From Felis catus (taxonomy: Eukaryota): DNA of 64,000 bases. Shown one piece after another: positions 23,403 through 36,929 of this stretch. Within the stretch, counting starts at the first letter, position 1; every line of letters begins with the position of its first letter. The position numbers were made by a program, and so were the translations under genes. The stretch spans positions 12,216,001 to 12,280,000 of the forward strand of contig NC_058369.1 in assembly GCF_018350175.1 (NCBI RefSeq), given 5' to 3'. The notes below the pieces were generated by a model. That model searched no databases, had not been told where the DNA came from, and saw only the letters and a program-made list of their open reading frames with translations.

Positions 23403-23418
23403 GAAAAGAAGAAAGAAA
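23300..23418 (+). repeat. (GA)n/(GAAAA)n microsatellite at the tail of an old L1M fragment (about 23010-23300)
   Basis: Seen directly. Confidence 0.9.
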
Positions 23419-23558
23419 CCCCTGTCTATGGTTATAAGAAAGGTAGAAACCTCACTCAGAAGTGCAAGGGCAGGGCTACCTTCCCCTTGCCCCGCCCCCA
23501 CTGACCGGCAGGCCCTGCACAGGACAAGACCATCTGCCCAGGGTGAGGCTGTTCTTAC

Positions 23559-23631
23559 CTGTACTTCGTTGGTTTTCTGTCTGATTGCCTCTTCCTTTTC
23601 CCTAATGTCCTGTTCCAGGGAGTATTTCTCT
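23559..23631 (-). CDS. EPS15L1: Exon 13, (R)EKYSLEQDIREKEEAIRQKTNEVQ
   Basis: 73 nt; gcccag|A, CAG|gtaaga. Confidence 0.95.
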
Positions 23632-24489
23632 CTGGGCACGGAAAAAGAATTCAGGAAAAGCACAGATGAGTGATAGCAGGACTACAGCCATGGTGCATTC
23701 TCTCCACGCCGACTTCTCAACAGCCAATTCCGTCCATACCCACGGAACCCAGCTCAGCTGGTCCCTAGGAATGACCCTCAGGGATCGTGCCCTCTACATC
23801 ATCCCCTCCCCCATCAGCGAGTCCATGGCTACGATGAGGCACTGCTCCCAACGAGACCACTAGAGCCCCTCAAGCAGAGGGAAAAGGAAGTCAGAGTGGT
23901 GTCCGGGGTGAGGAGGGTTCAACGCTCCCTGCTGACTGTGCCCATGGAGGGCCAGGTGCTTCCTGGGCCCTCCTCCCTCTCCTAGAACTAACTGGTGGGA
24001 GAATGCTGCTTTGAAGAGGAAGCATCTCTTTATGCCAGATTTGAGAGGACAGACACCCCATCCAAAGCCCTTGTTTACAGGTGGGGAGACTGAGGCAGCA
24101 GGCACAGAGAGGAGCCAGAGACCTGGACACGAAGGCTCCCTCAGTTTAGCTGTCGGTCCTAAGCCATTAACTTGCCCTCGGAGGCTCAGCCGTTCTACGT
24201 GCTGAGGGGGAACAAGGCCCATCCTAAGGGCAGGGGGCAGGGCCTATGGCTACCGAGCAACAACCTGCCTGAGATTCCACAGCCCAGACTGACTCCAACT
24301 GAGGATGTCATCACTCGAGCTCATTAAGTCAATTCAGGAACTCGGGGGAATGTGCCCTGCTTCGCTTCTGCTGCATGAACTTGTTGACGGCCGACCTGTG
24401 TGCCTCCCAAGCCTGTGGTACTTGTGGTAACAAGCTGGGATAGGGCCTGTGTAAGGGCCAGATTCCGAGGGGAAGGAGCTTTAACACAC

Positions 24490-24575
24490 CTCTGTAACTG
24501 GGCAATCTCTTGACTGATATCATCAAGTTCCTTCACACCAGTGAATTCCCCTGATCCAAGAGAACTTGAACCATC
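24490..24575 (-). CDS. EPS15L1: Exon 12, [28 protein letters not shown](R) (start of coiled coil)
   Basis: 86 nt; ttccag|GAT, AG|gtgtgt. Confidence 0.95.
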
Positions 24576-24619
24576 CTGGAACCAAATTCAGACACAGGGT
24601 TAAAACTTGACAAGCTGAT

Positions 24620-24970
24620 GGGGCGCCTGGGTGGCTCAGTCGGTGAAGCGTCCGACTTCGGCTCAGGTCATGATCTCACGGTTTGTGGGTTCGAGCCCCG
24701 CGTCGGGCTCTGTGCTGACAGCTCAGAGCCTGGAGCCTGTTTTGGATTCTGTGTCTCCCTCTTTCTCTGCCCCTCCCCCACTCATGCTGTCTCCATCTCA
24801 AAAATAAATAAACATTAAAAAATTAAAAAAAAAAAATGGACAAGCTGAGGGTTGCCTGCCTCCCTCAGTCGATGTAGCCTGTGACTCTTGATCTCGGGGC
24901 TGTGAGTTCAAGCCCTGCACTGGATGTAGAGATTACTTAAAAATAAAACTTAAAAAAAAATTTTTTTTTT
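24620..24970 (+). mobile_element. Two tandem CAN-SINEs (one full, one short)
   Basis: gacaagctga at 24609, 24839 and 24971. Confidence 0.9.
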
Positions 24971-25237
24971 GACAAGCTGACCTCACCACCCAGCAGGTGC
25001 TAGTATGAGGGATACAATCTCCAATTCACTAGGGCAAGTAGCAAAAGTGCCAGAACCAGCTGGAAAACTATCCCAGTGGCCCAGCCCCACCCCCAGCCCC
25101 TGGTGAAGGCCGGGGCCATGAGAAGGCAGGCTACAACAGCAGGGCACTGGCCTGCTCACATGGGTCACTGCCGCCACCTGGTGGCAGGCTGCAGGAAGCC
25201 ACAGGAGCATGACAGGGATGTGGCCAGCGGTACTCAC

Positions 25238-25394
25238 CTGGATGGGAGTGCCTCTCTCCGAGGGTGGGATCATGTCCGGTGAGAGGACCTGAGGGGGGTC
25301 GATGCCTTTACTGACCTTCTGCTGAATGAAGTACATAGCTAATGCGAATTGGTCTTTACTTAACTTCCCCGTTTGCCTCGTATCAGCCAGGGCC
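25238..25394 (-). CDS. EPS15L1: Exon 11, (W)[52 protein letters not shown]
   Basis: 157 nt; tcccag|G, CAG|gtgagt. Confidence 0.96.
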
Positions 25395-26894
25395 CTGGGA
25401 GAAGGTGGGATGCTAATTAGACATCAGACAAGAATTCAGCCCCGCCTGGGAAGTACAAATCACAGAACCCCTCCATTTAAAAAACGAACAGTGACAACAC
25501 AAACAGAGGGGCACAGCAGCGACTCCTTTTCTGTTGACCATCCCTCTCGAGGACCGCAGTCCCGCCACTGGCCACCCAGGCATCCGGCCCTACGGCTGGT
25601 TAAGGAGGGGCCGTCAGCACAAGAAGGGGGGCCCCACCTGGCTGCAGAACCACCGAACCCCACCCCACAGTCCGAGGTGCTGGGCCTTTGGGAAGGCCTC
25701 ATCAACAATTACCAGAAATGCAACCGGCTCTTTATGGCGTGTGTGCGGAAGACAGTGAGGGTCCGGTACGGAGCCGCTCTGGTGGAAGTGAAAGCTGGGC
25801 CCGAGCGTGCACCCTTGGATCTTCAGCAAGTTCCCGCAGCCCTGGGTTATCTGAGCAGCCTGAGCTGCTGGTTTTCAACGGGGATGACAGCAGCAGCATT
25901 TTGGGTCGTCGTCACGAGGAGCTAGGGCCTGGACGGCCACCCGCGGCCGTGCTGCACCGGACGGCTCCTCGCTGCTAAGGGGCCCCGCTCACGTGGCCTT
26001 TGGGCATCCTGGTAGACGGGCGGCACGTGGAGCTCCCGTGGAGCCGGGGTGGGGGAGAAGCTTCACAACCAGCCCGGTAACGGAGGAGCTGGCCGTTACG
26101 GGAAGGAAAGCCTCACGCAGTAGGACAAGGCCTCCGCATCTGCAAAACTGTCTCACCCTGGCCACTGCGCAGGCGGTCTCACTTCCCACTGCATTCGTGA
26201 CCTCGTGACACCTCTCTAACTCGTAGCCAAGGAGCTGGGCGTGGTGAGCAGACTCGGGCCCAAATACTGACGCACAGGGCCACGGGGAGCACGGAGACCC
26301 CACTGAATATCGCTGACACGTGCTGGTTTACAAACATCTTCATTTTTGTCGCAGTTTGAGGGCGAGGTGTGAGGATTCTGCCTGTAAGCGTCGGTCCTGC
26401 CGCCTCGCCTCGCCCATGGCTGCTCCTGGGCTGAGGCCTCTTCTCTCCAGCCCTCTCCTGCTCCCGGTCTCTGAGGGAGTGTGGGCTCCGAGGCCTGCAG
26501 GCGGGGTGCTCGGCCAGCCACCAGCCGGGGAGGCCTACACGCGCGTTCTGGCTCCGTCCTTGTTTCCTCCCTGCCGTCCCTCTGGGCGTGCTATCTGCGC
26601 TCCCCCTGCCCCCCGCAGACAAATCCGGACTGGCCTTTTACTCTCCCAGCGGTGAGTCCAGAGCTTGCTCGTTCTGTCTTTCCCCTCTGCTCCTTACGCA
26701 TTCCCTCTTTTAATCCAAGCGTATTCGTGATTTCACCGTGTTGCTTCCACGTTGTGGCGTCACTGGCAGGTGGAGGGACTGTCCCTATACTACAATTGGG
26801 GCGCCGCATCCCTACCTCTGAATCACATGCACGTTCGCTTCAGGGTGATAAAGGGCACACGCATTTTATCGGTTTCTAAAAGGGGACACCACTT

Positions 26895-27170
26895 GGGGCG
26901 CCTGGGTGGCACAGTCGGTTAAGCGTCCGACTTCAGCCAGGTCACGATCTCGCGGTCTGTGAGTTCGAGCCCCGCATCAGGCTCTGGGCTGATGGCTCGG
27001 AGCCTGGAGGCTGTTTCCGATTCTGTGTCTCCCTCTCTCTCTGCCCCTCCCCCGTTCATGCTCTCTCTCTCTCTCTCTCTGTCCCAAAAATAAATAAAAG
27101 TTGAAAAAAAAAATTAAAAAAAAAAATAAAAAAAATTAAAAAAATAAAAATAAAAAAAATAAAAAAATAA
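26895..27170 (+). mobile_element. Young felid CAN-SINE (SINEC_Fc-like)
   Basis: gggtggcacagtcggttaagcgtccgacttcagccagg head; TSD aaaaggggacacca. Confidence 0.93.
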
Positions 27171-27396
27171 AAGGGGACACCAGATCTGAAGGGGCGGAGA
27201 ATGACTGCCCCTGACCTGTCGGAAGCAGTCGGCCTCCACTAGCTGTTTTGGCGACTGACTCTGGGTGTCACACACCTGTGAAGGGAGAGCCTGTTCTCTC
27301 AGGTCGGGGCCTCCCGTCACAACGTGGACATCTATGAATTCTTGCCAAGGGCAGCTATTTCCACAAGCTACTGAGTGACGTGCTGTCACTGCTCTT

Positions 27397-27967
27397 CTAC
27401 TAGGCACTTAGCCAAAGGATCCAGGAGTGCTGATTCATAGGGGCACATTACCCCAACGTTTACAGCAGCGCTATCAACAATAGCCAAATCATGGAAAGAG
27501 CCCAAATGTCCATCAACTGATGAATGGATAAAGAAGATGTGGTTTATATATACAATGGAATCCTACTTGGCAATGAGAAAGAATGAAATCTGGCCATTTG
27601 CAGCAACGTGGATGGAACTGGAGGGTATTATGCTGAGTGAAATAAGTCAGTCAGAGAAAGACAGGCATTATCTGTTCTCACTCGTTAGTGGAATGGAGGA
27701 TCATGGGGGAAGGGAAGGGGAAAAAATGGTTCAGTTTTAAACAGAGAAGGAGGCAAACCCATGAGAGATTCTTAAATACAGACAACAAACTGAGGGTTGA
27801 TGGGAGGGCGCGAGAGAGGGGAAAATGGGTGATGGGCATCAGGGAGGGCACTTGTTGGGATGAGCACTGGGTGTTGAATCATGGGAATCTACCCCCAAAA
27901 TCAAGAGCACAGTGTATACACTGTACGTGAATTAACTCAACAATAAATTCTATTAAAAAAATAAAAT
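27397..27967 (+). mobile_element. 5'-truncated carnivore L1 (ORF2 C-terminus and 3'UTR)
   Basis: ORF MWFIYTMESYLAMRKNEIWPFAATWMELEGIMLSEISQ is the L1 ORF2 end; cactgctctt at 27387 and 28205. Confidence 0.92.
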
Positions 27968-28200
27968 AGGGCGCCTGGGTGGCTCAGTCGGTTAAGAGCC
28001 AACTTCGGCTCAGGTCATGATCTCGCGGTCCGTGACTTGGAGCCCCGCGTCGGGCTCTGGGTTGACAGCTCGGAGCCTGGAGCCTGTTTCGGATTCTGTG
28101 TCTCCCTCTCTCTGCCCCTCCCCCGTTCATGCTCTGTCTCTCTCTGTCTCAAAAATAAATAAACGTTAAAAAAAAATTAATTAAAATAAAATAAAATAAA
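27968..28200 (+). mobile_element. CAN-SINE inserted in the L1 poly(A) tail
   Basis: Full SINE lying between the L1 3'UTR and the L1 TSD. Confidence 0.9.
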
Positions 28201-28937
28201 ATGCCACTGCTCTTGCTTGGAGAGGTTCACTTCTCCAGAATTATACAGAAATTCCCTCCCTGTGACTCCCAAGTGAAGCCCCCTAAGTCCTGAGGACAAA
28301 AGTTAGAAAGTGACTTTCACCACTGGCCAATTACAAAAGGAGCCATCCCAGCACTGGGAAGACTGCTCTGGTACACCCTGAAGGAAAGTGAAGGTGGGGT
28401 AGTCCCCATGGCTGGGGACCAGAGTCCTGTTGACCACTCACCCCCCTGACGGCAGTGGAGTCGCTGACCTTCACAGGCCTCCTAGGGAAGGCGGCCACAG
28501 CCCCCACTGCCCAGGGTGGCTTCGCTAGAGTCCCTGGAGACGTACCACACACTCGCCCCAGAGGGGCAGGGCCATGCGTCTGCACCCTGACTAGCTGTGG
28601 CAAAGGCGGGGCCTCCTGCTAGAACCAGCAAGAACTCGCCCCAGACACTCAAGCAAATCGCCCCACAGCTTTCCAGAGGGACTAAACAGGCAGTGAGCTG
28701 ACATGCCCAGGATACGGGGGAAGGGCCTTCACACTCGTACCTCACTCGGCACCCCGATCAGCCTGCTGAGGATTAAGTGACAGGCAGAGGTGGAGGCCCT
28801 GACCCCCAGGCCCTGAAGGTCATCCGCCCTTCCTTTAGCACAAAGCTTGTTTCCTCGGGGCCCCTCGGAGCCACCCGTGGCCATCACCTCCACACGGGAG
28901 GCCCAGAGGGAGCAGGCGTCCAGCTACCCATCCTTAC

Positions 28938-29095
28938 CATATGTGTGCTAGAAGGTTCTGGGTGAGGCCCGAGTGCATGAAGATCTCCTTCACCTCCTGG
29001 CCACTCACGTAGCCATCCAGGTCCAGGTCGGTCTTCAGGAATATCTCGTCAAATCGCATCTTGTCTGCAACCGGCACCACCCAGCTCACCGTTGG
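28938..29095 (-). CDS. EPS15L1: Exon 10, [52 protein letters not shown](W) (EH3)
   Basis: 158 nt; tttcag|CCA, TG|gtaagg; ends in phase 2. Confidence 0.96.
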
Positions 29096-32000
29096 CTGAA
29101 AGGGGTTTCAAAACCATTAGTCTAGAGCTTCTAGACTATAAACCATAAACACACGCTGTTAAAGGGCTTTCACATGCTCCTGATGGATGCTCTCCGTGCA
29201 TTTGGGCAGCACCACGAAATGAGAGGGCAAACCGGAGCCCCACTCTCTAAACAGGGAAACTGAGGCAGAGAGCAGCGCACACCAACTCGGTCAGTCTCGC
29301 CTGGTGGCCAACGTGCACCTGTCCCACCCCATCGCACAGCCCCCTTCTCCTTGTATTCAGAGGGAGGTAGAGACCCAGCAGGTCCAAAGGGACTTGAAGG
29401 GAAGCCAATGACCTCCTTCCAGGAGGGGACTTCAAGTGTGCCAGGCAAGACCCTGCTGACGGTCCACGCTAGAAGGACGGCCTCCTGAGAACCAACCAGC
29501 CCTTCCTGGCCCTCTCATTTTCTGCCTGCAAACACTTCTCTGCAGCTCCCAGAAGTATTCTCAATGCCCACAGTTGAGGATTCTGTACTCCACCCTTTGT
29601 CCCCGTGACATGGCGATCCCCCCGTGAGGCGTCCCAGCTGGCACTGATGGGCAGTGAACACGTCTGCCCGTGTGAAAATGGCATCTGCTAGACAGGCAGG
29701 CGCTCAGGGCCCCCTAGCGCTGGCTGAGGAGCCCGGGCCCCCGACGAGCATGCCGTCCACCCGCAAAGCCCCACTGCCCCCAAGGACCCTCACAGGCGGA
29801 CAGAGCTGAGTATCTGAGAGCCCAGCGTAGCATCATGTCTGCAGTCATGGGGCTTGGCCACCCGCTGCACGCGTGACCCCTCACACCGCCTGCTCAAGTC
29901 TACGTGAGGAAGGCAAATGCCACTGAGGGTTCACCGGGGCCCGGGCACCTCCTAATCCAGAGGCACCAGGGCCCCTCCCACCGTTAATTCCAGACGCATC
30001 ACCTCTGACCTTTGGTGTGCTCTCCGAACCAAGTTCCACAGTGCCTCTATCCATTTTTATAGAGATGTTCCTCCTTATCTGCTTTTTCTGAACAGGTCTC
30101 CCTCGTTATCCTAATCCAGTGGGATCCTGACCCAAGCACCGGGAATCCAGAAAGCAAGGGTGGGAAGCAAGGGACACCACATTACCCGTATCATTTCGGT
30201 TCCAGGATTTCGGATAGGGAGTAGAATGATTTAGTCTGCCACGGATTTATCAGAATCCATGGGCCGAATTCAAACAGCAAGGGCTCAGGCAGCAAGAGTT
30301 CAGAGACCTGCGTTTTACGCGTCCCATTATACGAATTTTGTAAGCCACCCCAGGGGAGGCATAAAGACACACATAAAGGATCTCTAGCGAAGAAGTTTGC
30401 CGCCTTCATATCCAGTGTCTGGAGCAAGCTAAACCTCAGACGCCAAGCAACCCAGAGAGGAAGTAACAGTGGGTCAGACAGGCTGAGCTGAGGGGGACAA
30501 CGGTTTCTGTGCTCCGCAGGTCCCAAGAGGTTACCACTCTGGGATGACAAAAGTCCTGACGTTTGGTGTGCAAACAAAATGGCTTGCTGCCTGATTTCTG
30601 AGATCTCAGAGCAGGTCGGTGGCCAGACTCCAACGCCCAGCCTTTTCCTCGGAGCTGGGTCTCCCAGAAGGGGCTGGTCTGGCAGCCACAGGCCCCAGTA
30701 AAGGGGAACAGACCCTGCTGGCTGGAAGTGCCTACACCCCGTAGCCGGCTGGGAGGACAAGACCTGGTGGCATTAGTCTGGAGGTGAGAGAAGCAGAGGA
30801 GGGGACAGCATGGTGACTGTGGGTCCCCAGAACTGCTCGATCTCATGTCTGTGATTCCACCAGTGCCCTCATCCTTAGGGAAGGGGACATACGTCTTCTT
30901 CCCTCCCCCACCCTGACAGAGGCCCCTGGTAAAATAGGTCTAGTGGTAATCAGCAGCACCCTCCCAGGATCCGGGGAGAGTCACCAAATCACCATGGATC
31001 TGGGTTACAAGGCTAGTCAGTCTGCACCTGTCAGCAACTTTGGCCCCACCTGCTTCCTTGTCAGTAAAACCTATTACCACTAACCTAACCTACGGTAATT
31101 AATAAGAACTCTTGGCAAGAATTTTGCAGACACAAGGCGCTAGGTTGTCTTAGAAAACAATAGCTCATGCGGGTCCAAGTTACCAGCCTCGGCCCTTGCT
31201 TTAACTCCACCCCCATCATTCTTCCTGTTTCTACAGGTTCCCACTTGAGAGCCTTGGCATATGCTAGTCCTCCGACGGCTTTCTGTCATTCAGGGATCAG
31301 CTCAGGTCACCTCATCAGTGACCGTCCAGTTGACCCCACCTACAGGAGCACCTCAGTGCTTCCAGGCTGGGCCCTGTTCTGCTTCTCATAGCCATCTGAC
31401 CTTCCTTAGTTTATGGTTATGCTTATCGTCTATCTCCCCAAGGAGGGCAGAGGCTAGTCCCACGGTCACTGCGCATGTCCACAAAGTGCTGGGCATGGCT
31501 GGTGGTTTGCCGAGCTGAAGGTGCCCACACTGGACCATCTGGATGCTGGGCTTGTTGACCGACAGCCACGTGAGACTCACCATCCAGAGGGGAAGCCCCA
31601 TCACCTGTGCCTCTCCACACGGCCATGGCAGTGACGGGGAACGTATGACCCCCCCAACCCCCAACCGACCAAACCACCTCGGCCCTCCCTGATGGGACCC
31701 TTACTCTTCGGTGCAGCAAGCTCCTGGAAAATGAGCCACCAACCGCACCCGCCCAACCACCACCAGGCAGAATGCTTAATTTTAGAATGATGTCACGTGC
31801 AAGAGGAATCACTGTCTGGTCGTCTATTTCTGTAGCGTTCAGTGCCTGACAATTTGGGGTTTTCTTTATTGTAATTTAAGTGCCTGTCATTAAGCTTTTG
31901 ATTGCCGAGGCACCCATTTCAAAACTATCCATCTCATATAAACACACTGCCAGCCACACAACTAGGAGGCGCCAGGCCAGCCCATGACGGTCGCCACTAA

Positions 32001-33193
32001 AAAGCTCTGGGTGACCTAGACAACTGGCCGCCTGAGTGACCCTGCTTTTCCCTTCCCCTGCTTTCATTCCCACTCTTATGTTTTAAATTCACCAATGAAG
32101 AGCGAGCCTGAGAAACCCTAGGCCCCCACCCTCGACCCCGAGAGAGGCAGAGTCCCGTGCCCGAGCTCACTCTCTCTCTACCCACGACCTTGCTGTGGTG
32201 GCCCTGGGGGTGACACACACTCTGCAGGACCTGTGAGCAATGAATCGTCTTTCTTCAAATTTTCCGGATGGTTGTTGCGAAATGTAGGTGCACTCTGCAA
32301 TCCTACCAAGAACCACAAAGACACCTCCTCCAGGCCAGAAGCGTCCGTGGGGGCTCGTCCCAAGTCACGGGGGCCCGAGTGAGCGCCACAGGCGCTCCTG
32401 GCCGACAGCGTCACTGACTGACAGGCCGAGACCAACACAACACATTTCTACTTTTATCGTTCGTATCTGAACTTGCGTGGCGGCGCTGGCTGGCCCTCTT
32501 CCTGTCACCTTCACTGCTCCGCCTTCGAAGCCGCAAGTGAGGCAGAGAGCAAGGCATGACTCAGGATGTACTCACGGCCACGTTCTTCCATGTTTTAGAT
32601 CACCTCAAAGGTGCCTCTTTATAAAAGAGCCCTCGATGGTGTGCTGCATTTGCCAGAACAAGATGTGTCTTTCTCACACACAAGACGCTGCCCGCTGGGA
32701 CTCAGAGCCCCCATGCTGTCCTCCTGACGAGACAGACGCCTCCGCTGCTGGCTGGTTGTTCAACAGGCTCACTGAGCATCCAAGCACCTGAGATTGTTCT
32801 GACACTGAGATTCTAACCAAGGACTAACTGTTCTCATGAAGCTAAGGTGGGGTGGGGGTGGGGGTGGGGTGGGGTGGGGAGGAGACCGAGGATACACAAT
32901 TAACTACACACCAAGCCAGGCGTGGGAAATCTACAACGCAGCGTGGACAGAGCCCGGGGCACGCTGGCTGTGGTCACGCCAGGGCCCCCCGATAAGGTGC
33001 CCCATGAGCAGAAGCCTCAGGAAGCAAAGGGCTGGGGTGTGATCTGGGAACACACCGCCCAGCAGAGGAGCTACCTGAGGCAAGGGGGACAGAGACACGA
33101 GGAGAGAGCCCAGAGGTGGGAGCCAGCTGAGGATGTCTGAGGAAGGGCGGTATTTGTGTGCAAATGAATGAGAAACTTAATTCTGCATCCCCG

Positions 33194-33560
33194 TTGCAAC
33201 GGACTGAATGTTTGGGCCCCAACCCCTCCCCAGAACTCATGTGTTAAAACCCTACCCCCAGTGAGAAGGTATTATGAGGTAGAGCCTTTGAACGATGATT
33301 AGATCATGACGGTGGAGCCCCATGAATGAGATCACAGCCTTTATAAAAAGGACCCTAGAGAGCTCCCTCGCCCTTTCCACCATGTGAAGACACAGCAAGA
33401 AAATTCCATCTGTGAACCCGGAGCTGGACTTTTATCAGACACCGAATCTGCCGGTGCCTGGATCTTGGGACTTCCCAGCCTCCAGATTTTCTGTGAGAAG
33501 TAGATATCTGTCATGGTCACCTATCCTATGGGACTCCATTACACTCAAACAGACTAACGT
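33194..33560 (+). mobile_element. MaLR solo LTR (MLT1-like)
   Basis: ggactgaatgtttg...cccagaactcatgtgttaaaaccctacccc and ttggacttcccagcctccaga-like motifs. Confidence 0.8.
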
Positions 33561-33598
33561 ACCAATCATAAACATTGTTTTAAAAAACGTAATCCCAA

Positions 33599-33780
33599 GG
33601 GCGCCTGGGTAGCTCAGTAGTTTGAGTGTCTGGCTCTTGATTTCAGCTCAGGTCATGATCTCAGGGTTGTGGGATCTCGGTGCTGAGCATGGAGCCTGCT
33701 TAAGATTCTCTTTCTCTCCCTCTCCCTGCCTCGTGCACACTCTCTCCAAAATAAAAAAAAAAAAATTAAAAAATAAAAAA
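33599..33780 (+). mobile_element. CAN-SINE
   Basis: SINE head and A tail. Confidence 0.88.
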
Positions 33781-33906
33781 GGTATGACAGTTAAAAACAT
33801 AATCACAAATGTTACCTTTTGGGGGTCACAAGTTACTTGCTCGCAAGATGCATCTTGCTGGGACTCTATACGTGCAAATGGCTACCCTGAGAAGCAGATA
33901 CTATAC

Positions 33907-34140
33907 CTGTGTTTGCTTGAGACTGTGCTTGGGGGACAAGCTTCCCGTGCTGTTCAGGCTGCTGACGCTGCCGTGGGAAGGGGTGGAGCGGAGGCTGTCT
34001 TTCGGCGGGGGGCTGGCGGGCAGGACAGGCACAGCTCCTGGGAACACGGTCTTCTTTCTCTTGGAAGGTGGGATGAGGGAGGGGGGCAGGACAGAGGGCA
34101 CAGGCTCCTTCTCGAGGGCTCGGTACACCAAGTGCATCGC
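33907..34140 (-). CDS. EPS15L1: Exon 9, [13 protein letters not shown]...[12 protein letters not shown] (end of EH2 and Pro/Ser-rich linker)
   Basis: 234 nt; tcacag|GCG, CAG|gtatag. Confidence 0.96.
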
Positions 34141-34651
34141 CTGTGAATGCAAGAGAATTACGTTCAGGTGGCCAGGCACAGGCCTGCTCTTTCCAGGGCT
34201 GCAGTGATGTGACATGGGCTGCTCTTTTTGAGGTCACTTCCAAGCTGAACAGAGTGAAAACTAAACCTTTTCTGATGAGGTATCTTCCAATGCATAATTT
34301 TTCCAAGAGGTGTGTAATCACACAAGACCCACATGAGCACAAGAGGAGTTCAATCATGCCAGACTCCACACATGTCCCTTCACCACACAGGAGGGCCACC
34401 AGCTCCAGGGCTGAGGACTCCCACAGTACTGGAATTTGGAAGTCTAAAGACGCATTGTGATGTGCATACGCCTGTTTCAGGCGGGCAGAGAAAAGAAACT
34501 TTCTCTAAAACAAAGATTTAATCCTGTTTTAAAGTGTAATAAAACCAAACCAAAATCACAGCCCTTCTCCCTTAAAAAGATCCCTTGTTATTTGCAATAC
34601 AGACCAGATCACTAACATAGGTAAAATTTATCGTCACTTAAAAACACTACA

Positions 34652-34972
34652 GGGGCGCCTGGGTGGCGCAGTCGGTTAAGCGTCCGACTTCAGCCAGGTC
34701 ACGATCTCGCGGTCCGTGAGTTCGAGCCCCGCGTCGGGCTCTGGGCTGATGGCTCAGAGCCTGGAGCCTGTTTCCTATTCTGTGTCTCCCTCTCTCTCTG
34801 CCCCTCGCCCGTTCATGCTCTGTCTCTCTCTGTCCCAAAAATAAATAAACGTTGAAAAAAAAAAAAAAAAAACACTACAAAGGGGCACCTGGGTGGCAGT
34901 CAGTTAAGCGTCCAATTCTTGGTATGGGCTCAGGTCATGATCTCAGGGTCGTGGGACAGAACCCCTGTTTAA

Positions 34973-35011
<39 letters not shown>

Positions 35012-35065
35012 CCCCCCAATCCCCCCCTCCGATTCTTCTCCACTCACATATTATCTAAAATAAAA
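34652..35065 (+). mobile_element. Young SINEC_Fc-like SINE followed by an older SINE
   Basis: TSD aaaacactaca around the first copy. Confidence 0.9.
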
Positions 35066-35775
35066 TTTTTAAAATTTCAAAAGAAATTTTTAAAAAGTGC
35101 TACAAAATGTTAAACCCAGCTAGTGATGAAAAAAAACCCAAATGACACAATTATAAGACCCATTTATAGAATAACATAAATCCTGGCTGAAATGATGGGA
35201 AATAACAAAAACAAAACAAAAATGGAAACCCAGGGCTCCTGAGGCCGTGAGGGGAGGGGCACGCGTGCGGGCTCACTCTGGGCCAATTATTCCATTCCTG
35301 GGCATCACCCCAAGAGCAGTTAAATGATACAAATACCTCAAGTCAGTGTGGCCAGAAGAAATATAAAAAATAAGTAATAAGGGACTAGGGAAGGGGAAGC
35401 TAGTGTTCGCTGGGGACAGAGTTTCAGGTGTGCAGGATGAAGGGTCCCCGAGATGGGTGCTGGTGACGGCTGCATAGCTGTGTAAAATTATTAATGGCAC
35501 TGAATCACACACCTAAAAATGGTTACAATGGTAAATTTCACATAATATACGTTTTACAATTAAAAAAATAAGAATAATGCACTGCCAGTAAAAAGAACAG
35601 GATGATGGAGACACACGGAAAATGCTCAAAGTGAAAAAGGCAAAGCAGAGATGACGGAGGAGGTGGGGAAAGACCCAACCAGTGCTGGTGAGGGTAAGGG
35701 GTCAGAGGGCACTGCTGGAGAAACTTCTAACCTCCCTGGGAAACGGCTGCAATTGAATCTAAGTTTAAAATCCTC

Positions 35776-36010
35776 GGGGCGCCTGGGTGGCTCAGTCGGT
35801 TAAGCGGCCGACTTCAGCTCAGGTCACGATCTCGCGGTCCGTGACTTGGAGCCCCGCGTCGGGCTCTGGGCTGACGGCTCAGAGCCTGGAGCCTGCTTCG
35901 GATTCTGTGTCTCCCTCTCTCTGACCCTCCCCCTTTCATGCTCTGTCTCTCTCTGTCTCAAAAATAAATAAACGTTAAAAAAAAAAAATTTAAAAAAATA
36001 AATAAATAAA
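35776..36010 (+). mobile_element. Young CAN-SINE
   Basis: TSD taaaatcctc. Confidence 0.92.
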
Positions 36011-36929
36011 ATCCTCAAAGGCTTTACACACATATTACAGTAAGGAAATAATAAACCTCAATTCATGTGTATGTGGTAAATCATATTTTAAGGAGGTTTA
36101 TGATTTCTAGAATGGAAGATGAATCTTAGGGATACTAGGGAATTCCCAGGTAAGTTACAGTTGGGTTTTGTTTTTGGTTTTGTTTTTGGCTTAGTTGAAC
36201 TTAACTGCTATTTATTAAAACACCATCCTTAACTACAAGAGGCTACTTTATTCTACTTTGAAATTTAAGGGAACAAGGTGAGTGAATAAATTCCCTGAAT
36301 GGGAGAGAAAGGTCAAAGGTGTGAGGTGGAGGGAAGGGAGGAAGAAGAGGAGGGGTAGAAAGACACAGGCCCGGGGTGAGGAGGGCTGGCATGTGAGGAT
36401 GTCAGTCCGGTTGCTGGGGCAGCTGAAGAGCAGGGTGGGAAGGTGCAGGGGCGTGGAGGGAGAGCACCCGCCTGGGAAGGCAGTCTACAGGGCACAAGAG
36501 CCCTAATCAACAGAGACAAGCCACTGCCACTAACAGGAGAAGGGGTGGAGTGCCGGGGCTCTCGCATAGGCATAAGCAGACCCGAATGCAGATGGCGGTG
36601 TCTTGGGGCACCTGCTGGGCGCACCTACACGTATACCTACTTCCCAGCTCTGTCTACTGAGAGGGCCTGAAAGCAGTTGGCACCCCGGGGGCCCTGAGCA
36701 CCCCAGAGCCTACATGGTAGTTTCTAACACCATTCTCCACTACATGGAACCGGGGCTCCCTGGAGAACTCGGGCTGAGGCAGGAAACACACAGGAGGAGT
36801 GAGGAGCGTCCCACTGTGCCAAGAGGAAGCAAGTGCTCAGAGAATAATGGGATGTGACCAGAGGAGCCAGCTGGGAGCAAGTCCAAATGGGCAAAAGAAA
36901 TCATGCCGCTAAAAAACTACAAACACGGC

